Of a stretch of DNA of 64,000 bases, positions 9,534 through 18,902 are shown in pieces. Position numbers and translations under genes: made by a program. This DNA is from a virus (taxonomy: Duplodnaviria > Caudoviricetes). Position 1 is the first letter of the stretch; every line of letters starts with the position of its first letter. The stretch is from positions 42,056-106,055 of the IMG/VR virus record IMGVR_UViG_3300006169_000009. One strand, written 5' to 3'. The notes below the pieces were generated by a model. The model worked only from the letters and a program-made list of their open reading frames with translations, made no database searches and was not told the DNA's origin.

Positions 9534-11111
9534 CTACCGTCCGTAGAACGGAGAGGCGGAGACCTCCACAGCAGGCGTCTGGAACTCCTGTGCGATGATG
9601 CAGGCCATCGCCAGGCTGTCGGGGTAGTCATCATGCGCGTCAGTGGCTCGTGGGGCCTGAGCGAGGAAGTACGGGCCTTGGAAGTTGGTCTCCAGGTCGC
9701 TCATCTGGGTGATGAAGCGCTTGTAGGTCTTCAGCCGCCGGGTCTTGGCGTGCGCAGGCCACCCGATCTTGGTCCGGTTGATCAGTTCGGTGAGGTGCTT
9801 CCAGCGCAGCGACTGATCGGGCAGGCCACTGCCACAGGGGACGATCTCCACGTGGGGCATGAGCGTGCGCAGCCGGTCGATGACCACATCTCCCAGGCCT
9901 CCCTCGTCCACCGCGATGGCGAACACCCAGTAGTTGGCCAGGAACTCCACGATCCGGTGGTACTGGTTCTCCCAGTCTTGACCCGACAGGTCCAGCCAGT
10001 TTAGGATGCGGTGATGGTAGTACCCGAACTCGTCAGGGTGGTCCCAGTCGACCCACACCACGGTCACGATGGTGGAGTCGGTCTTGCGGGCCGGGTCGAT
10101 GCCGACCACGACCGGCGAGAGGTTGAACGAGTGCAGGATCTCCATCGACACATCGCCCAGTTCTTCCAGGCGCTCGGACGTGGTGAACATCCCCTTGTCC
10201 AGCAGCCAGTGCAGCCGGTACGACATGCGGAACTCGTCCGAGTCCTCTCCAAGGCGCAGCATCTCCTTGCGTACGAACTTCAGGTAGTTCTTGTTCCACT
10301 TCGCGACTTCCTTCCAGTCGGCCTCGAAGTGGGCCTCCCGGTGTCCGCGCTTGGTCGCCTGCCGCTTGTTGAACTTGATGGTCTTGTGGAAGACCCCCTT
10401 GGTGTAGCCGGGCGTCCCGATGAAGACCATGGTCGCGTTGGTGGAGGCACCCATGGGGCCGATGGACTTGTTGACCACTGTCTCATCAGCGTCCTGACAC
10501 TCATCGATGAGCATGAGGTGGTAGGTACGCCCTTCGATCTTGGCTCGTGGGTGGCATGTCTGACGGCGGACCAGGCTGTGACTGTTGACCAGCACGATGG
10601 TCTGCTTTCCACGTCCCTTGGCCGCTCGGTCATCGATGTCTGGGTCCGCGAGCAGTTCCTGAGCCCGCTCAGAGGTAAGACGCTCCACGATTCGCCCGAA
10701 GATGATGTCGGTCTGGTCGTCGGTCGGGGCGAAGCAGCCGACCCACATGCCCTCCTTGAACTTGTCCAGCAGGTTCGGGAAGACCTTGGCCAGCACCGGG
10801 AGCATGATCATGCAGGCCGCCACTACGTTCGCCACCGTTTCGGACTTGCCGGACTGGCGACTGAACAGGGCGGTCAAGGTGGCCCCATCACCGAGGATAA
10901 GCGACTCAATCAGCGCTCGGGCGAATGGGCGCTGGTAGGGGTACAGCGGGTGCCCCGACAGTTCGTCGGTCACGTCGAGTAGGCGGTCGCAGATGAGGTC
11001 TACGGTCTCCTTGGAGATGTCATCGTAGAGATGCTCCTCGACTTCACGCGCATGGCGTTCCTCGTCGGTCTCGTCGGTGTATTCCTCACCAACTTCGAGC
11101 ACGTCGGACAT
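9534..11111 (-). CDS. terL: Terminase large subunit
   Basis: Walker A SRQSGKS, Walker B LIDECQ, GTPG motif, nuclease VGIDPA and DDYPDS motifs. Confidence 0.93.
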   Translation of the reverse strand: MSDVLEVGEEYTDETDEERHAREVEEHLYDDISKETVDLICDRLLDVTDELSGHPLYPYQRPFARALIESLILGDGATLTALFSRQSGKSETVANVVAACMIMLPVLAKVFPNLLDKFKEGMWVGCFAPTDDQTDIIFGRIVERLTSERAQELLADPDIDDRAAKGRGKQTIVLVNSHSLVRRQTCHPRAKIEGRTYHLMLIDECQDADETVVNKSIGPMGASTNATMVFIGTPGYTKGVFHKTIKFNKRQATKRGHREAHFEADWKEVAKWNKNYLKFVRKEMLRLGEDSDEFRMSYRLHWLLDKGMFTTSERLEELGDVSMEILHSFNLSPVVVGIDPARKTDSTIVTVVWVDWDHPDEFGYYHHRILNWLDLSGQDWENQYHRIVEFLANYWVFAIAVDEGGLGDVVIDRLRTLMPHVEIVPCGSGLPDQSLRWKHLTELINRTKIGWPAHAKTRRLKTYKRFITQMSDLETNFQGPYFLAQAPRATDAHDDYPDSLAMACIIAQEFQTPAVEVSASPFYGR

Positions 11112-11162
11112 ATGGTACCCCGGTAGTAGGTTCTGCGAGTACTACCAGGGTAAAGGCAAACC

Positions 11163-11435
11163 TCAGGCGGCTCGGATCTCCCGTGCGCTGAGGATCTGTG
11201 TCACGCGCTGCCTAGTGATCCCGAACACGCTCGCCAGGTCGGTCTTGGTGGGCTGAGCGTGCGCGTAGACCGTCTCCAGGACACTGTCGCGTTCCTCGTT
11301 CGCGCTGATGGGGTAGTCGTCTGCGCAGAGGTCAGTGCAGAAGGCTCTAAAGTCCATCGGCCCCCGGCACAACTTCTGCCCACAGCCTCGGCAGTGGACG
11401 TCGACCAAGGCTTCACTCTCCAGTGTCGTTGTCAA
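11163..11435 (-). CDS. Zn-finger/HTH DNA-binding protein
   Basis: CRGC...FCTDLC plus LASVFGITRQRVTQIL HTH; TTG start after GGAGG. Confidence 0.65.
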   Translation of the reverse strand: MTTTLESEALVDVHCRGCGQKLCRGPMDFRAFCTDLCADDYPISANEERDSVLETVYAHAQPTKTDLASVFGITRQRVTQILSAREIRAA

Positions 11436-11712
11436 CAGGCACCTCCGTAGGTCCGGGGTTTGCGGGGGTCGCCTCGGGCTGAGGCGCAGCGGAGCCGGAG
11501 ATGCTGAGCATCGCGATGGTGACTTCTTCGAGCGCGGAGGCCGGGATGAGCACACCCCGCCCGTACTTCTCGATGGAGGGCACGTAGTCGCGGATCTCGG
11601 CGTAGTCGGCCCACGGGGTGTGGAGGATGGAGACGTGCAGGTCCAGGTCCGGGGCCTTGGCGACCTCGACCAGGATCTCTCTGCGTACGTCGTCGGTGGG
11701 GGCGTCTGTCAT
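11413..11712 (-). CDS. Hypothetical protein, possibly PC4-like ssDNA-binding
   Basis: YAEIRDY...KYGRGVLIP resembles the PC4 pattern; start re-assigned to MTDAP. Confidence 0.4.
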   Translation of the reverse strand: MTDAPTDDVRREILVEVAKAPDLDLHVSILHTPWADYAEIRDYVPSIEKYGRGVLIPASALEEVTIAMLSISGSAAPQPEATPANPGPTEVPVDNDTGE

Positions 11713-11744
11713 GAGGTCAACTCTCTCATGTGGAAGGGGCACTG

Positions 11745-11966
11745 TCAAGCCGGTTGCGGGCACTGGTGGGGACATCTGTGCGTGATGGGGACGTTTCGCT
11801 GCTGCACGTTGATGCAACCTCGGCTGGTCTCGGACGGATGGCACTTTCCGGTAGCACACCAGCCGCAGTTGGTGGAACCTACGGGTACGTCGTAGCCCAG
11901 TATCTCGTTCATGGGCTTGGGGAACGTCGGCTTGGGCTTGGTACGGCGCTTGACGTGGCGGGTCAT
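11745..11966 (-). CDS. Small Cys-rich protein
   Basis: CGWC..C..C motifs; TAGAAT -10 six nt before ATG. Confidence 0.5.
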   Translation of the reverse strand: MTRHVKRRTKPKPTFPKPMNEILGYDVPVGSTNCGWCATGKCHPSETSRGCINVQQRNVPITHRCPHQCPQPA

Positions 11967-12208
11967 ACGTCCATTCTAGCCCGCAGAGCGTCCACCACGC
12001 CAGCCATACTGGAGATTCCTTGCGAGGCTTCGAGCAAAGACTCCGGCGAACGCTCCCGGCGGTAGTCGCTGAGAGCCTTCACGATGCCGTTTCCGCACTG
12101 ATCGGCCCAGTCGAGGATCATGTCCTCCGGCATGCGCTGTACGCGCTTCCTGGCCCGGGCTCTGAGCGCGTCAGACCCCTCTGAGCGCTGGAACAGAGCC
12201 CGAATCAC
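11963..12208 (-). CDS. Hypothetical protein
   Basis: Coupled by 4-bp overlaps to both neighbours. Confidence 0.6.
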   Translation of the reverse strand: MIRALFQRSEGSDALRARARKRVQRMPEDMILDWADQCGNGIVKALSDYRRERSPESLLEASQGISSMAGVVDALRARMDV

Positions 12209-12579
12209 GACTTGTCCTTGTCCAGGCCGAGATAGGAGAGCACCATCCACTCCTTCTCGGGGTCGTTGTCGGCGGCCTTGGCCACGTTGGCGCGAACCTG
12301 ATCACGGATGTGAGGGTCTTCGAGGTCTACGTCGGGGCTGAGGTCGACGGTGAAGCCTGCCACGGACGCCAGTTCGGCCTCTTCGGCGCTCAGTTGCCTG
12401 TCGAACCAGAATCCCAGCACCAGGCCGTAGTTCGTGGGCCACAGACGGACGATGACGCTGTACGGCGAGCGCCGGAACGGCGGATCCTGCTCGGTGGTCT
12501 CCGCGAAGTGGATGATCGGGGCGTTCTCCAGCCGGATGACGTGCCAGAACAGCCGCTTCAGGTCGTGGGTGATGGCCAT
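12205..12579 (-). CDS. Hypothetical protein
   Basis: 124 aa; leaderless-type TAGGGT upstream. Confidence 0.6.
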   Translation of the reverse strand: MAITHDLKRLFWHVIRLENAPIIHFAETTEQDPPFRRSPYSVIVRLWPTNYGLVLGFWFDRQLSAEEAELASVAGFTVDLSPDVDLEDPHIRDQVRANVAKAADNDPEKEWMVLSYLGLDKDKS

Positions 12580-12589
12580 GAGCGCGACC

Positions 12590-13033
12590 CTACCAGAGCC
12601 GGGCGTACGGGTAGAAGTTCAGCGTACGGTTGATGGCTCGACCGGGGCTCTTGACCCTCTTGAAGTTATTCCAAACCCGAGACGGGACGTTGTAATAGGC
12701 ATACACGGCTCCGTCCCGGAATCGGACGAACAGAGTCTTCTGCGGAGCATAGTAGCCATACGCCTTGGTGCGTGGCCGGGGCGGGTTGATCGACGGAGAG
12801 GGCTGGTAGGGCATCAGCAGGGAGTCATCGCCGTCACGAGCCCGCTGCAGCGCCTCCCGGAGGTCGTCTGGCATCTGCCGTTCGGCCTCGGACTGGGCCG
12901 TCTTCTGCGAGGCGTAGTCGACTGCCCGTGAGGCAGTGGCTACGGGGGTAGTACGAACGCCCTCGCCCCCAGCGGCCTCCTTGACCTGCTCAGCGGCCTC
13001 GCGAGCGCTGCGTACGCGCCTTCTACCGGCCAC
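12590..13033 (-). CDS. KTSC domain protein
   Basis: YGYYAPQKTLFVRFRDGAVYAYYNVP..VW..F....SPGRAIN matches the KTSC consensus. Confidence 0.8.
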   Translation of the reverse strand: MAGRRRVRSAREAAEQVKEAAGGEGVRTTPVATASRAVDYASQKTAQSEAERQMPDDLREALQRARDGDDSLLMPYQPSPSINPPRPRTKAYGYYAPQKTLFVRFRDGAVYAYYNVPSRVWNNFKRVKSPGRAINRTLNFYPYARLW

Positions 13034-13107
13034 TGTGTGCTCCCATTGCAAGACCCCAGCCCATAGCACAATGCTACAGGCCGGGGCCTACTTCCGACAG
13101 GGGTGGA

Positions 13108-13668
13108 TCAGGCCTGCGGAGCGGGCTCGTCCTTGTCGTCCACGACGGCGACCGGAACCTGAGCCAGGAAGAACGCCGGGTCGGTGACCCCGCCGTCCAG
13201 CATCCCGCTCAGAGTCGGCAGTTCCTCGGGGAGGACGTACTGGCCCGGCTCGGCCTCCACGCCCACCAGGGCGGGCTGCTGAGCGGTCCAGCCGACCGTC
13301 ACGTCGTCGTAGTCGGCGCTGCGGTAGCGCGGCTTCAGGAGACCCGTGTCCTCGCCGGTCTCCTCCTTGGCCTTCTCGTCGCGCTCCTTCTGGAGGCTCT
13401 CGACCAGGGCGGCCTTCTCCTCCGGGGTCTGCCCGGCGGATCCGAAGACGGTGATCTCGCGCTGACCGCCCTCGCCCTCGGCAGGAGCCTCTTCAGCCTG
13501 CTCCTTGGCCTCGGCGTCGGTGGTCGACGTGGTCACACCGGAGTTCAGCGGCTGGGTCGAGGTCGCGGAGCCGTTGGTCTTGGCTTCGTCGGTCGTCCCC
13601 TTGGCTTCACCGGCCTTGGGATCGGTGGTCGCGGCGGACGTTGCCCCGCCATTAGTGTTCTCAGCCAT
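13108..13668 (-). CDS. Acidic low-complexity hypothetical protein
   Basis: 186 aa; AAAGGA RBS. Confidence 0.65.
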   Translation of the reverse strand: MAENTNGGATSAATTDPKAGEAKGTTDEAKTNGSATSTQPLNSGVTTSTTDAEAKEQAEEAPAEGEGGQREITVFGSAGQTPEEKAALVESLQKERDEKAKEETGEDTGLLKPRYRSADYDDVTVGWTAQQPALVGVEAEPGQYVLPEELPTLSGMLDGGVTDPAFFLAQVPVAVVDDKDEPAPQA

Positions 13669-13811
13669 GGGGACTGATCCTTTCGCTCTGTGCTGTCCAG
13701 CCTACCGGATGGACTTCGCCAGTTTCATCCTGCTCACGCCCGTGCGGGCAGTTCGGCCCGTGCATTACGTACTGACCGCCCACCATGATGCACTTGGTTA
13801 CGTACACCAGC

Positions 13812-13979
13812 CTACTTCCAGTGCTGAGGAACGCACTCATCGCAGAAGCGCAGCACCTCGTGCTTCACGCCGTCTGAGACGAACGTGGCGTCCCGATCCG
13901 GGTGGTTGGCGCACTTGCCCTTGTCCTCGGACTTCTCCTCGGCCTTGGGCTCGCTCTTGGCCTGCGGCTTCTGTGTCAT
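13812..13979 (-). CDS. Small Zn-finger-like protein (below the ORF-track cutoff)
   Basis: MTQKPQ...CANHPDRDA...FCDEC...WK*; GGAG upstream. Confidence 0.55.
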   Translation of the reverse strand: MTQKPQAKSEPKAEEKSEDKGKCANHPDRDATFVSDGVKHEVLRFCDECVPQHWK

Positions 13980-13988
13980 GGCTCCAGG

Positions 13989-14411
13989 TTAGCCCAGAGA
14001 GGGCGTACCGTGCAGAATCGGGTCCAGATGCGGGGGCCGGTAGTTCGGTCCCTTCAGGATCTTCCCGAAGTTGTCCCGCTGGATGATCCCCCGGCTGTCC
14101 ACCTTGGACATATTGGACCGGTGGACCTCCTGGAAGACCCGCTGACCAGGGATGTCGAAGAGGTCATCGACCGCGTAGGTGACGTACTTCAGGTCTGCGG
14201 ACTCCTTGGCGATCTTGGACAGGTCTCCAGATCCGTTCTGGGCGTCCAGCAGTTCGTCCATGAGTTCATTGAACTCCTGGCGGAGCAGTTCCATGCGTAG
14301 CCGGATCAGTTGCTTGCGCTCGACTTCGTCGCAGTCGACCCACCGCTTGACGTTCCCAGCGACGTGAAACTCCCGCAGCGAGCCCAACGGGGCGTACTGG
14401 GCCTCAGACAT
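13989..14411 (-). CDS. MazG-like/PRA-PH nucleotide pyrophosphohydrolase
   Basis: QEFNEL...KESADLKYV...VHRSNMSK...GKILKGPNY. Confidence 0.85.
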   Translation of the reverse strand: MSEAQYAPLGSLREFHVAGNVKRWVDCDEVERKQLIRLRMELLRQEFNELMDELLDAQNGSGDLSKIAKESADLKYVTYAVDDLFDIPGQRVFQEVHRSNMSKVDSRGIIQRDNFGKILKGPNYRPPHLDPILHGTPSLG

Positions 14412-14616
14412 CGATGGTCTTCCCGTACTCCAGAGACTCCGGGTCCAGGTGGGCGTACCGACTACGGATGTAGGCGTCCCCGATCTCGATCTGGTCCTTG
14501 ATGTTGACCAGCCGGGTGCCGTCGGGGAACAGACCCATGAGGCGCTCGTCCTTCCGCTCCTTGGCCTCTCCGGTGACTCCGGCGTGCTCGCTCCAGTGCG
14601 GTCCGTGCATGGACAC
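14404..14616 (-). CDS. Hypothetical protein
   Basis: 70 aa; overlaps the MazG-like gene start. Confidence 0.5.
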   Translation of the reverse strand: MSMHGPHWSEHAGVTGEAKERKDERLMGLFPDGTRLVNIKDQIEIGDAYIRSRYAHLDPESLEYGKTIDV

Positions 14617-14648
14617 TGTCCCTTCTCTCGTGCGCGTATGGGGGTAGT

Positions 14649-15473
14649 CTACCTACCGAGGTAGGCGCGGAACATCTCCAGTTCGCGGGTGCCCGGCCCC
14701 AGCGGCGAGGACTCGTCCCCGAACGTCTGGATCCGGCTGTTGTAGTAGGCCACCACGGTCAGGAAGTCCTCGTTGGCCTCGAACAGGTCCAACTTCTGCT
14801 GGAAGACCTCCGGCCCCTGGTCGCGCCCGAACTCGCCCAGACCTACACTACGTACGCCGCGAGCGCTCAGGTAGTTCAGCATCCGCTGGATCTCGTGCGG
14901 CTCTCCGTAGTGGTCAGCGCCGAAGAACGGGCACGTCCGTACCAGCGAGGCTGAGACCCAGGAGTTGACAGCGCCCTTGGAGCCGTTGTACCAGTCGGCC
15001 CAGAGGTACCCGTTGAGGATCGGGGTGAACACGGTCCTGTTGGTGAACCCCATCAGCCGGTTGATCCGCAGGAAGGCCTTGTTGAAGTCGTCTGGGCGGA
15101 CATCTCCGACCGGCTCGTGGAAGAAGGTGGTCAAGACGCGCCCGTTGTACTTCGCGTAGCGCCGCCCCTTGGCCTTGATCTGGGCGTCATGCTTCCCGGC
15201 CAGGATCGCGGCCACGCCGCCGGTCGGAGGCTTGAACGAGACCCAGGGAGTCCGACCAGCGGCCAGATCCTTCTTGATCTGCGCGTCTTCCTTGGCATCG
15301 TCGGCCCACTGGAAGTAGGTCCGGTTGAGGCCGACCGGCCCGGTAAGGTCTGTTGGCCCGTGAAGGCCCACGAGTGCGGTTGTCACTGCTGCTCCCGGTG
15401 GTTGTACGAGGTTGGGCACTACGATAGCGGCTGCTGCGACTCCAGCCGCCTTGAAGAGGTCTCGGCGGTCCAT
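14649..15473 (-). CDS. Tat-signal glycoside hydrolase-like protein (GH26/clan GH-A-like)
   Basis: MDRRDLFK + hydrophobic stretch; FFHEP acid/base motif, GADHY, GLGEFG nucleophile motif. Confidence 0.6.
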   Translation of the reverse strand: MDRRDLFKAAGVAAAAIVVPNLVQPPGAAVTTALVGLHGPTDLTGPVGLNRTYFQWADDAKEDAQIKKDLAAGRTPWVSFKPPTGGVAAILAGKHDAQIKAKGRRYAKYNGRVLTTFFHEPVGDVRPDDFNKAFLRINRLMGFTNRTVFTPILNGYLWADWYNGSKGAVNSWVSASLVRTCPFFGADHYGEPHEIQRMLNYLSARGVRSVGLGEFGRDQGPEVFQQKLDLFEANEDFLTVVAYYNSRIQTFGDESSPLGPGTRELEMFRAYLGR

Positions 15474-16678
15474 CAGTCGAGCCAGATCCGCGACTCGTAG
15501 GTCACGAACCCGACTTCAGGGTCGATGAAGTGCAGGCGCTGACTCGGCAGTGAGGTGCCTGCGACGAACTCTCTGGCGTACTCGTTGTCGGACTCGGTGG
15601 ACCCGGCCATGTAGACCGATCCGCCGTTGGCCATGTTCAACGTCATGTTTTGGTGGTAGTGGCCGATGTACATGTCCCGGAAAGGCTCGGTGACCCCGCT
15701 GGCCCAGGCGTTTGCCTTGCGGACGATGCCGTAGGCCGGGGTCTGGCCGCCGAAGGACTTGATCTCGTCACCGTGGACGGCGATGGCGTTGTAGTTGCCG
15801 ACCGAGAAGTGCTGGTACCAGTCGTCGGAGACCTGGAAGTTCTTGATTCGCTTCTCGTGGCGCAGCCGGTCCTTGACGATCTGGTAGATGATGCGGTCGA
15901 CGTTGTCGGAGGGCTTGTAGTTGTCCGACTTCTTGCCGATTCGCCCGTGGTTGCCCCACTCACAGACCACATCGACGGTCTCGTAGGTCTCCAAAGCCTG
16001 CTTGATGACGTATTCCTCCAGCGCCACGGTCGCGAAGACCTGCTCGAAGAGAGTTGCGTCGACCTCCCACTCCTGACCGGGGAAGATGCAGGCTCCTTCG
16101 AGCATGTCACCGGTCAAGAGCACGATCCCGTGCCGTACGGGGTGGTCGGCGCGCATGATCTCGGTGATCTGCTGAGCCTTGGAGACGTACTGCTTGACCC
16201 GGCGCTCGCAGACGGCACTGTCGTAAGTCGACGTCACCTTGCCGTTCTGCCAGTCGGTCAGGTGCCACAGCGCGACTTCGGCGGTCTTGTTCTTACGACG
16301 GTCGGCCTTCGGCTTGGGAGCGACGACAGCCGCTGTCGCCTCGGCGGCGTCGTGGGAAGCGTCGTAGACGGCCTGGATCAACTTCGCGCCGCGCTGCTTG
16401 GACTCACTCAACTGCTTGAACAGGCGGGCATTGGCCTCTCGATACGCGACGACCTGATCTTCGGGACTCAACGTCTCCTCGACGTCCTCGACGTCGCGAA
16501 TGACGGGAGCCTCGGGCGCTTCCGTCGCACCGTTGGCCGGGAACCGGCCCCGGTACCGTCGCACGGACGCCTCAGAAGTACCCAGCCGGGTCGCCGCCTC
16601 GTAGTTGTTGACGCTTGCGTCGGCCAGAAGCGCCTTGACGTCATCGTCGCTCTCGGCGCGCTGGAAGATGTTGGGCAT
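15473..16678 (-). CDS. Calcineurin-like metallophosphoesterase with N-terminal HTH
   Basis: TDWQ, GDMLEG, GNHG, HGD and GHYH motifs; start re-assigned to MPNIF. Confidence 0.85.
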   Translation of the reverse strand: MPNIFQRAESDDDVKALLADASVNNYEAATRLGTSEASVRRYRGRFPANGATEAPEAPVIRDVEDVEETLSPEDQVVAYREANARLFKQLSESKQRGAKLIQAVYDASHDAAEATAAVVAPKPKADRRKNKTAEVALWHLTDWQNGKVTSTYDSAVCERRVKQYVSKAQQITEIMRADHPVRHGIVLLTGDMLEGACIFPGQEWEVDATLFEQVFATVALEEYVIKQALETYETVDVVCEWGNHGRIGKKSDNYKPSDNVDRIIYQIVKDRLRHEKRIKNFQVSDDWYQHFSVGNYNAIAVHGDEIKSFGGQTPAYGIVRKANAWASGVTEPFRDMYIGHYHQNMTLNMANGGSVYMAGSTESDNEYAREFVAGTSLPSQRLHFIDPEVGFVTYESRIWLD

Positions 16679-16876
16679 CGTCTCTCCAGTCGTAGGTGTC
16701 AGGGCGACTCTATCTCGATGGGCGGACAGGCGCAACCCTAGAGTGGAACTCGATCTCGTGGAGGTACAGGTCGGTATAGCCCTGCGCGTCGTCCTCGACG
16801 TCCTCGGACCAGTCCTGTTGCGGGCACTCGAAGTGCTTCACCCTTCAACCGTACTCCTAGTCCGATATAACTAGCA

Positions 16877-16910
16877 AGACCCCGCCCGGGTGGTTCCGGG
16901 ACGGGGCCTC
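16877..16910. terminator. GC-rich intergenic hairpin
   Basis: ccccgcccgg..ccgggacgggg inverted repeat. Confidence 0.45.
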
Positions 16911-17036
16911 ACTGTTCATTCTGTCAACTCAATAATCTCTACGTCCTGTGGTGCGGTATGGCCTAGACCATGAGTCTGCCCTCCTGGTTGACGACTCGGC
17001 GTCTTGTTACCAAGATAGAACCGCCAGGCCGGGCTG

Positions 17037-17285
17037 TCAACCCTCCTGGATGTACCCGCGTGCAGCACCGTCGATACGGGCCGCCGAGAGCGCGCAGGCG
17101 GTAGGGCCAGAGCCCCAGCCACGCTCCTGGGTGGTGACCTTGGAGCCAGCGCGCATGGCGTCGGAGAGGGTGTACTTGGTCAGCACGCCCATCTCGATCT
17201 CACCCAGTTCCGCCTTCAGGGCCTGGGTCGCCTCCGGCCAGATCTCCTCCGTGGTCTTGGGAGTCTGCTTCTCCGTGGTGCTCAT
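17037..17285 (-). CDS. Hypothetical protein
   Basis: MSTTEK start after GAGGAAG. Confidence 0.65.
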   Translation of the reverse strand: MSTTEKQTPKTTEEIWPEATQALKAELGEIEMGVLTKYTLSDAMRAGSKVTTQERGWGSGPTACALSAARIDGAARGYIQEG

Positions 17286-18330
17286 CTGCTTCCTCACTTT
17301 CAGGGTTCTGGAACGACAGGTCACAGTCTAGCGTCTCCAGCCAGTCTGCGATAGCCTCTCGCGTCCACTTGTGGGTGTCGTTGAGATGCACGACTAGGTT
17401 GACGACGTAGTTGGTTCTGGGCATGGAACAGAACGTCTTTCCCTTGTTCTTGCGTACCGGACACTTTGCCTTGGCGGTCTTCAGCGCAGGGATGGCCTTG
17501 ACCAGTGCCCCGGTCATCGGGTGGTCCTCGTCGGTGTAAGAGGCTCCGCTATTGGCGGTGTACGGCGTCAACTTCGCCTGGTCTGGCGTGATGGTCTTCT
17601 TGGGCTTGTACTCGCCCTTGTGGACCACCAGCGGGAGCGCGTGGTCGAGGTTCGGGATCTGGTTGGATACCGTGGTGGGGGTCAGCAGACCCTCGATGAG
17701 AAGGTCGACAGCGGCCTCAGCCTGATGCTGGGCCAGACCGTGCTCCATCACGAGCCAACCGATCAGTTCCTGGGGATCGGTGGTGCCTACATGGAAGTGG
17801 AACTTCTCCGGGTCCTCATCCACCGGCTCCTCCATCTCGATGTTCGGGCTGCAGTTGTCGTAGGCAGTGAACGTGCCCATCTGTCGAAGAACGTGGACCT
17901 GTTCAAGAGTGTCCTGGACAGCCTCCCAAGGCTTGCCGTCAGTCCAGTCGCACACGAATACGATCTTCGATCCTGGTCGAAGACCGCGCAGTCCTCTCGG
18001 GTGATAGACGAACTTCGCGTCCAGATTCGTGCGAAGGTTGCGAACCTCACACCACAACTTGAAGCAGTTGTAGTTCATAGCCACGACGTAGTAAGGCTCG
18101 GGGGTGCGGAACAACTTCAGGCCCAGCAGGTTCTCCCACGTGTCGTGCTTGTGGGTGTTGGGCTTCATGTCGATGAGGACCTTCAGGCTGGCGTGCTGCG
18201 CAGGAGTCATGACGAAATCAACCGATCCACCAGTCTGGTGATTAGAGACAACCCCGCCGTACTTGTAGTCCTTGTATCCGACGGGCTTCCATGGCGAGGA
18301 GATCTGGTACAAACCATAAGACTGGGACAC
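17200..18330 (-). CDS. Hypothetical multi-module protein
   Basis: GTG start after GAGAGGAAG; C-terminal HLNDTHKWTREAIADWL motif. Confidence 0.6.
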   Translation of the reverse strand: MSQSYGLYQISSPWKPVGYKDYKYGGVVSNHQTGGSVDFVMTPAQHASLKVLIDMKPNTHKHDTWENLLGLKLFRTPEPYYVVAMNYNCFKLWCEVRNLRTNLDAKFVYHPRGLRGLRPGSKIVFVCDWTDGKPWEAVQDTLEQVHVLRQMGTFTAYDNCSPNIEMEEPVDEDPEKFHFHVGTTDPQELIGWLVMEHGLAQHQAEAAVDLLIEGLLTPTTVSNQIPNLDHALPLVVHKGEYKPKKTITPDQAKLTPYTANSGASYTDEDHPMTGALVKAIPALKTAKAKCPVRKNKGKTFCSMPRTNYVVNLVVHLNDTHKWTREAIADWLETLDCDLSFQNPESEEADEHHGEADSQDHGGDLAGGDPGPEGGTG

Positions 18331-18377
18331 TGCTTCCTCTCTCGTGCGCGTGGTGGGGTACTCAACAGTGGAGCCAG

Positions 18378-18455
18378 TGGAGATGGCGGGACTCGAACCC
18401 GCGTCCGCCGTCAGTCCGCATGCGGTCTTCCGACGTCGAACTACCATGCATCCCC
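18378..18455 (-). ncRNA. ssrA: Minimal tmRNA-like RNA (tRNA-like domain only)
   Basis: GGGGATG/CATCTCC-A acceptor with G3.U70, stemless D-loop ending TTCGAC, GACGCGGG-TTCGAGT-CCCGC T-arm; only about 29 nt where the mRNA domain would be. Confidence 0.75.
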
Positions 18456-18639
18456 AGGTGTGGGATTAGGACCGTGGCTTCCGGCCCGACACCCACGACG
18501 GAGAAAAGGAGTGTCCGTCACACCCCCGCCCATATAGCAGGACGGATGCCCCTGCGTTTCGTCACGCTGATGCAGGGTTCGCGGCCAGTGATTATCGCTC
18601 ACAGGATTCAAGCGCCTGGGAGCCACCCAGGAGTCTGTG

Positions 18640-18822
18640 TCAGCGCCGACGGCCCTGACAGGTGTTGAGGTGACCCAGCAAGGCCGGGCCGCCGATCTTG
18701 ATGAACGCCCCGCAGTGCCAGGGGCAGGCCCCGGTAGTGCGCTTGATGCCCATCTTCTTCATGTACGCGGCCATCTCCTGGTCAGACTTGGAGCGCGTGC
18801 CACGACGGTCGTTTGCGGACAT
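18640..18822 (-). CDS. Small Cys/His protein
   Basis: CPWHCG...HLNTC; AGGAAGGA RBS. Confidence 0.6.
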   Translation of the reverse strand: MSANDRRGTRSKSDQEMAAYMKKMGIKRTTGACPWHCGAFIKIGGPALLGHLNTCQGRRR

Positions 18823-18902
18823 TGGCAGTCCTTCCTATGAGTAGTTACCTACTCATGGAGACCACCAGCCTTTCCAGAGAACACTTGTCTCCTCTCGTGG
18901 GA

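Noticed and set aside
9534-11111. Intein or intron in terL
   Set aside because: Length and motif spacing are normal, with no intein signature
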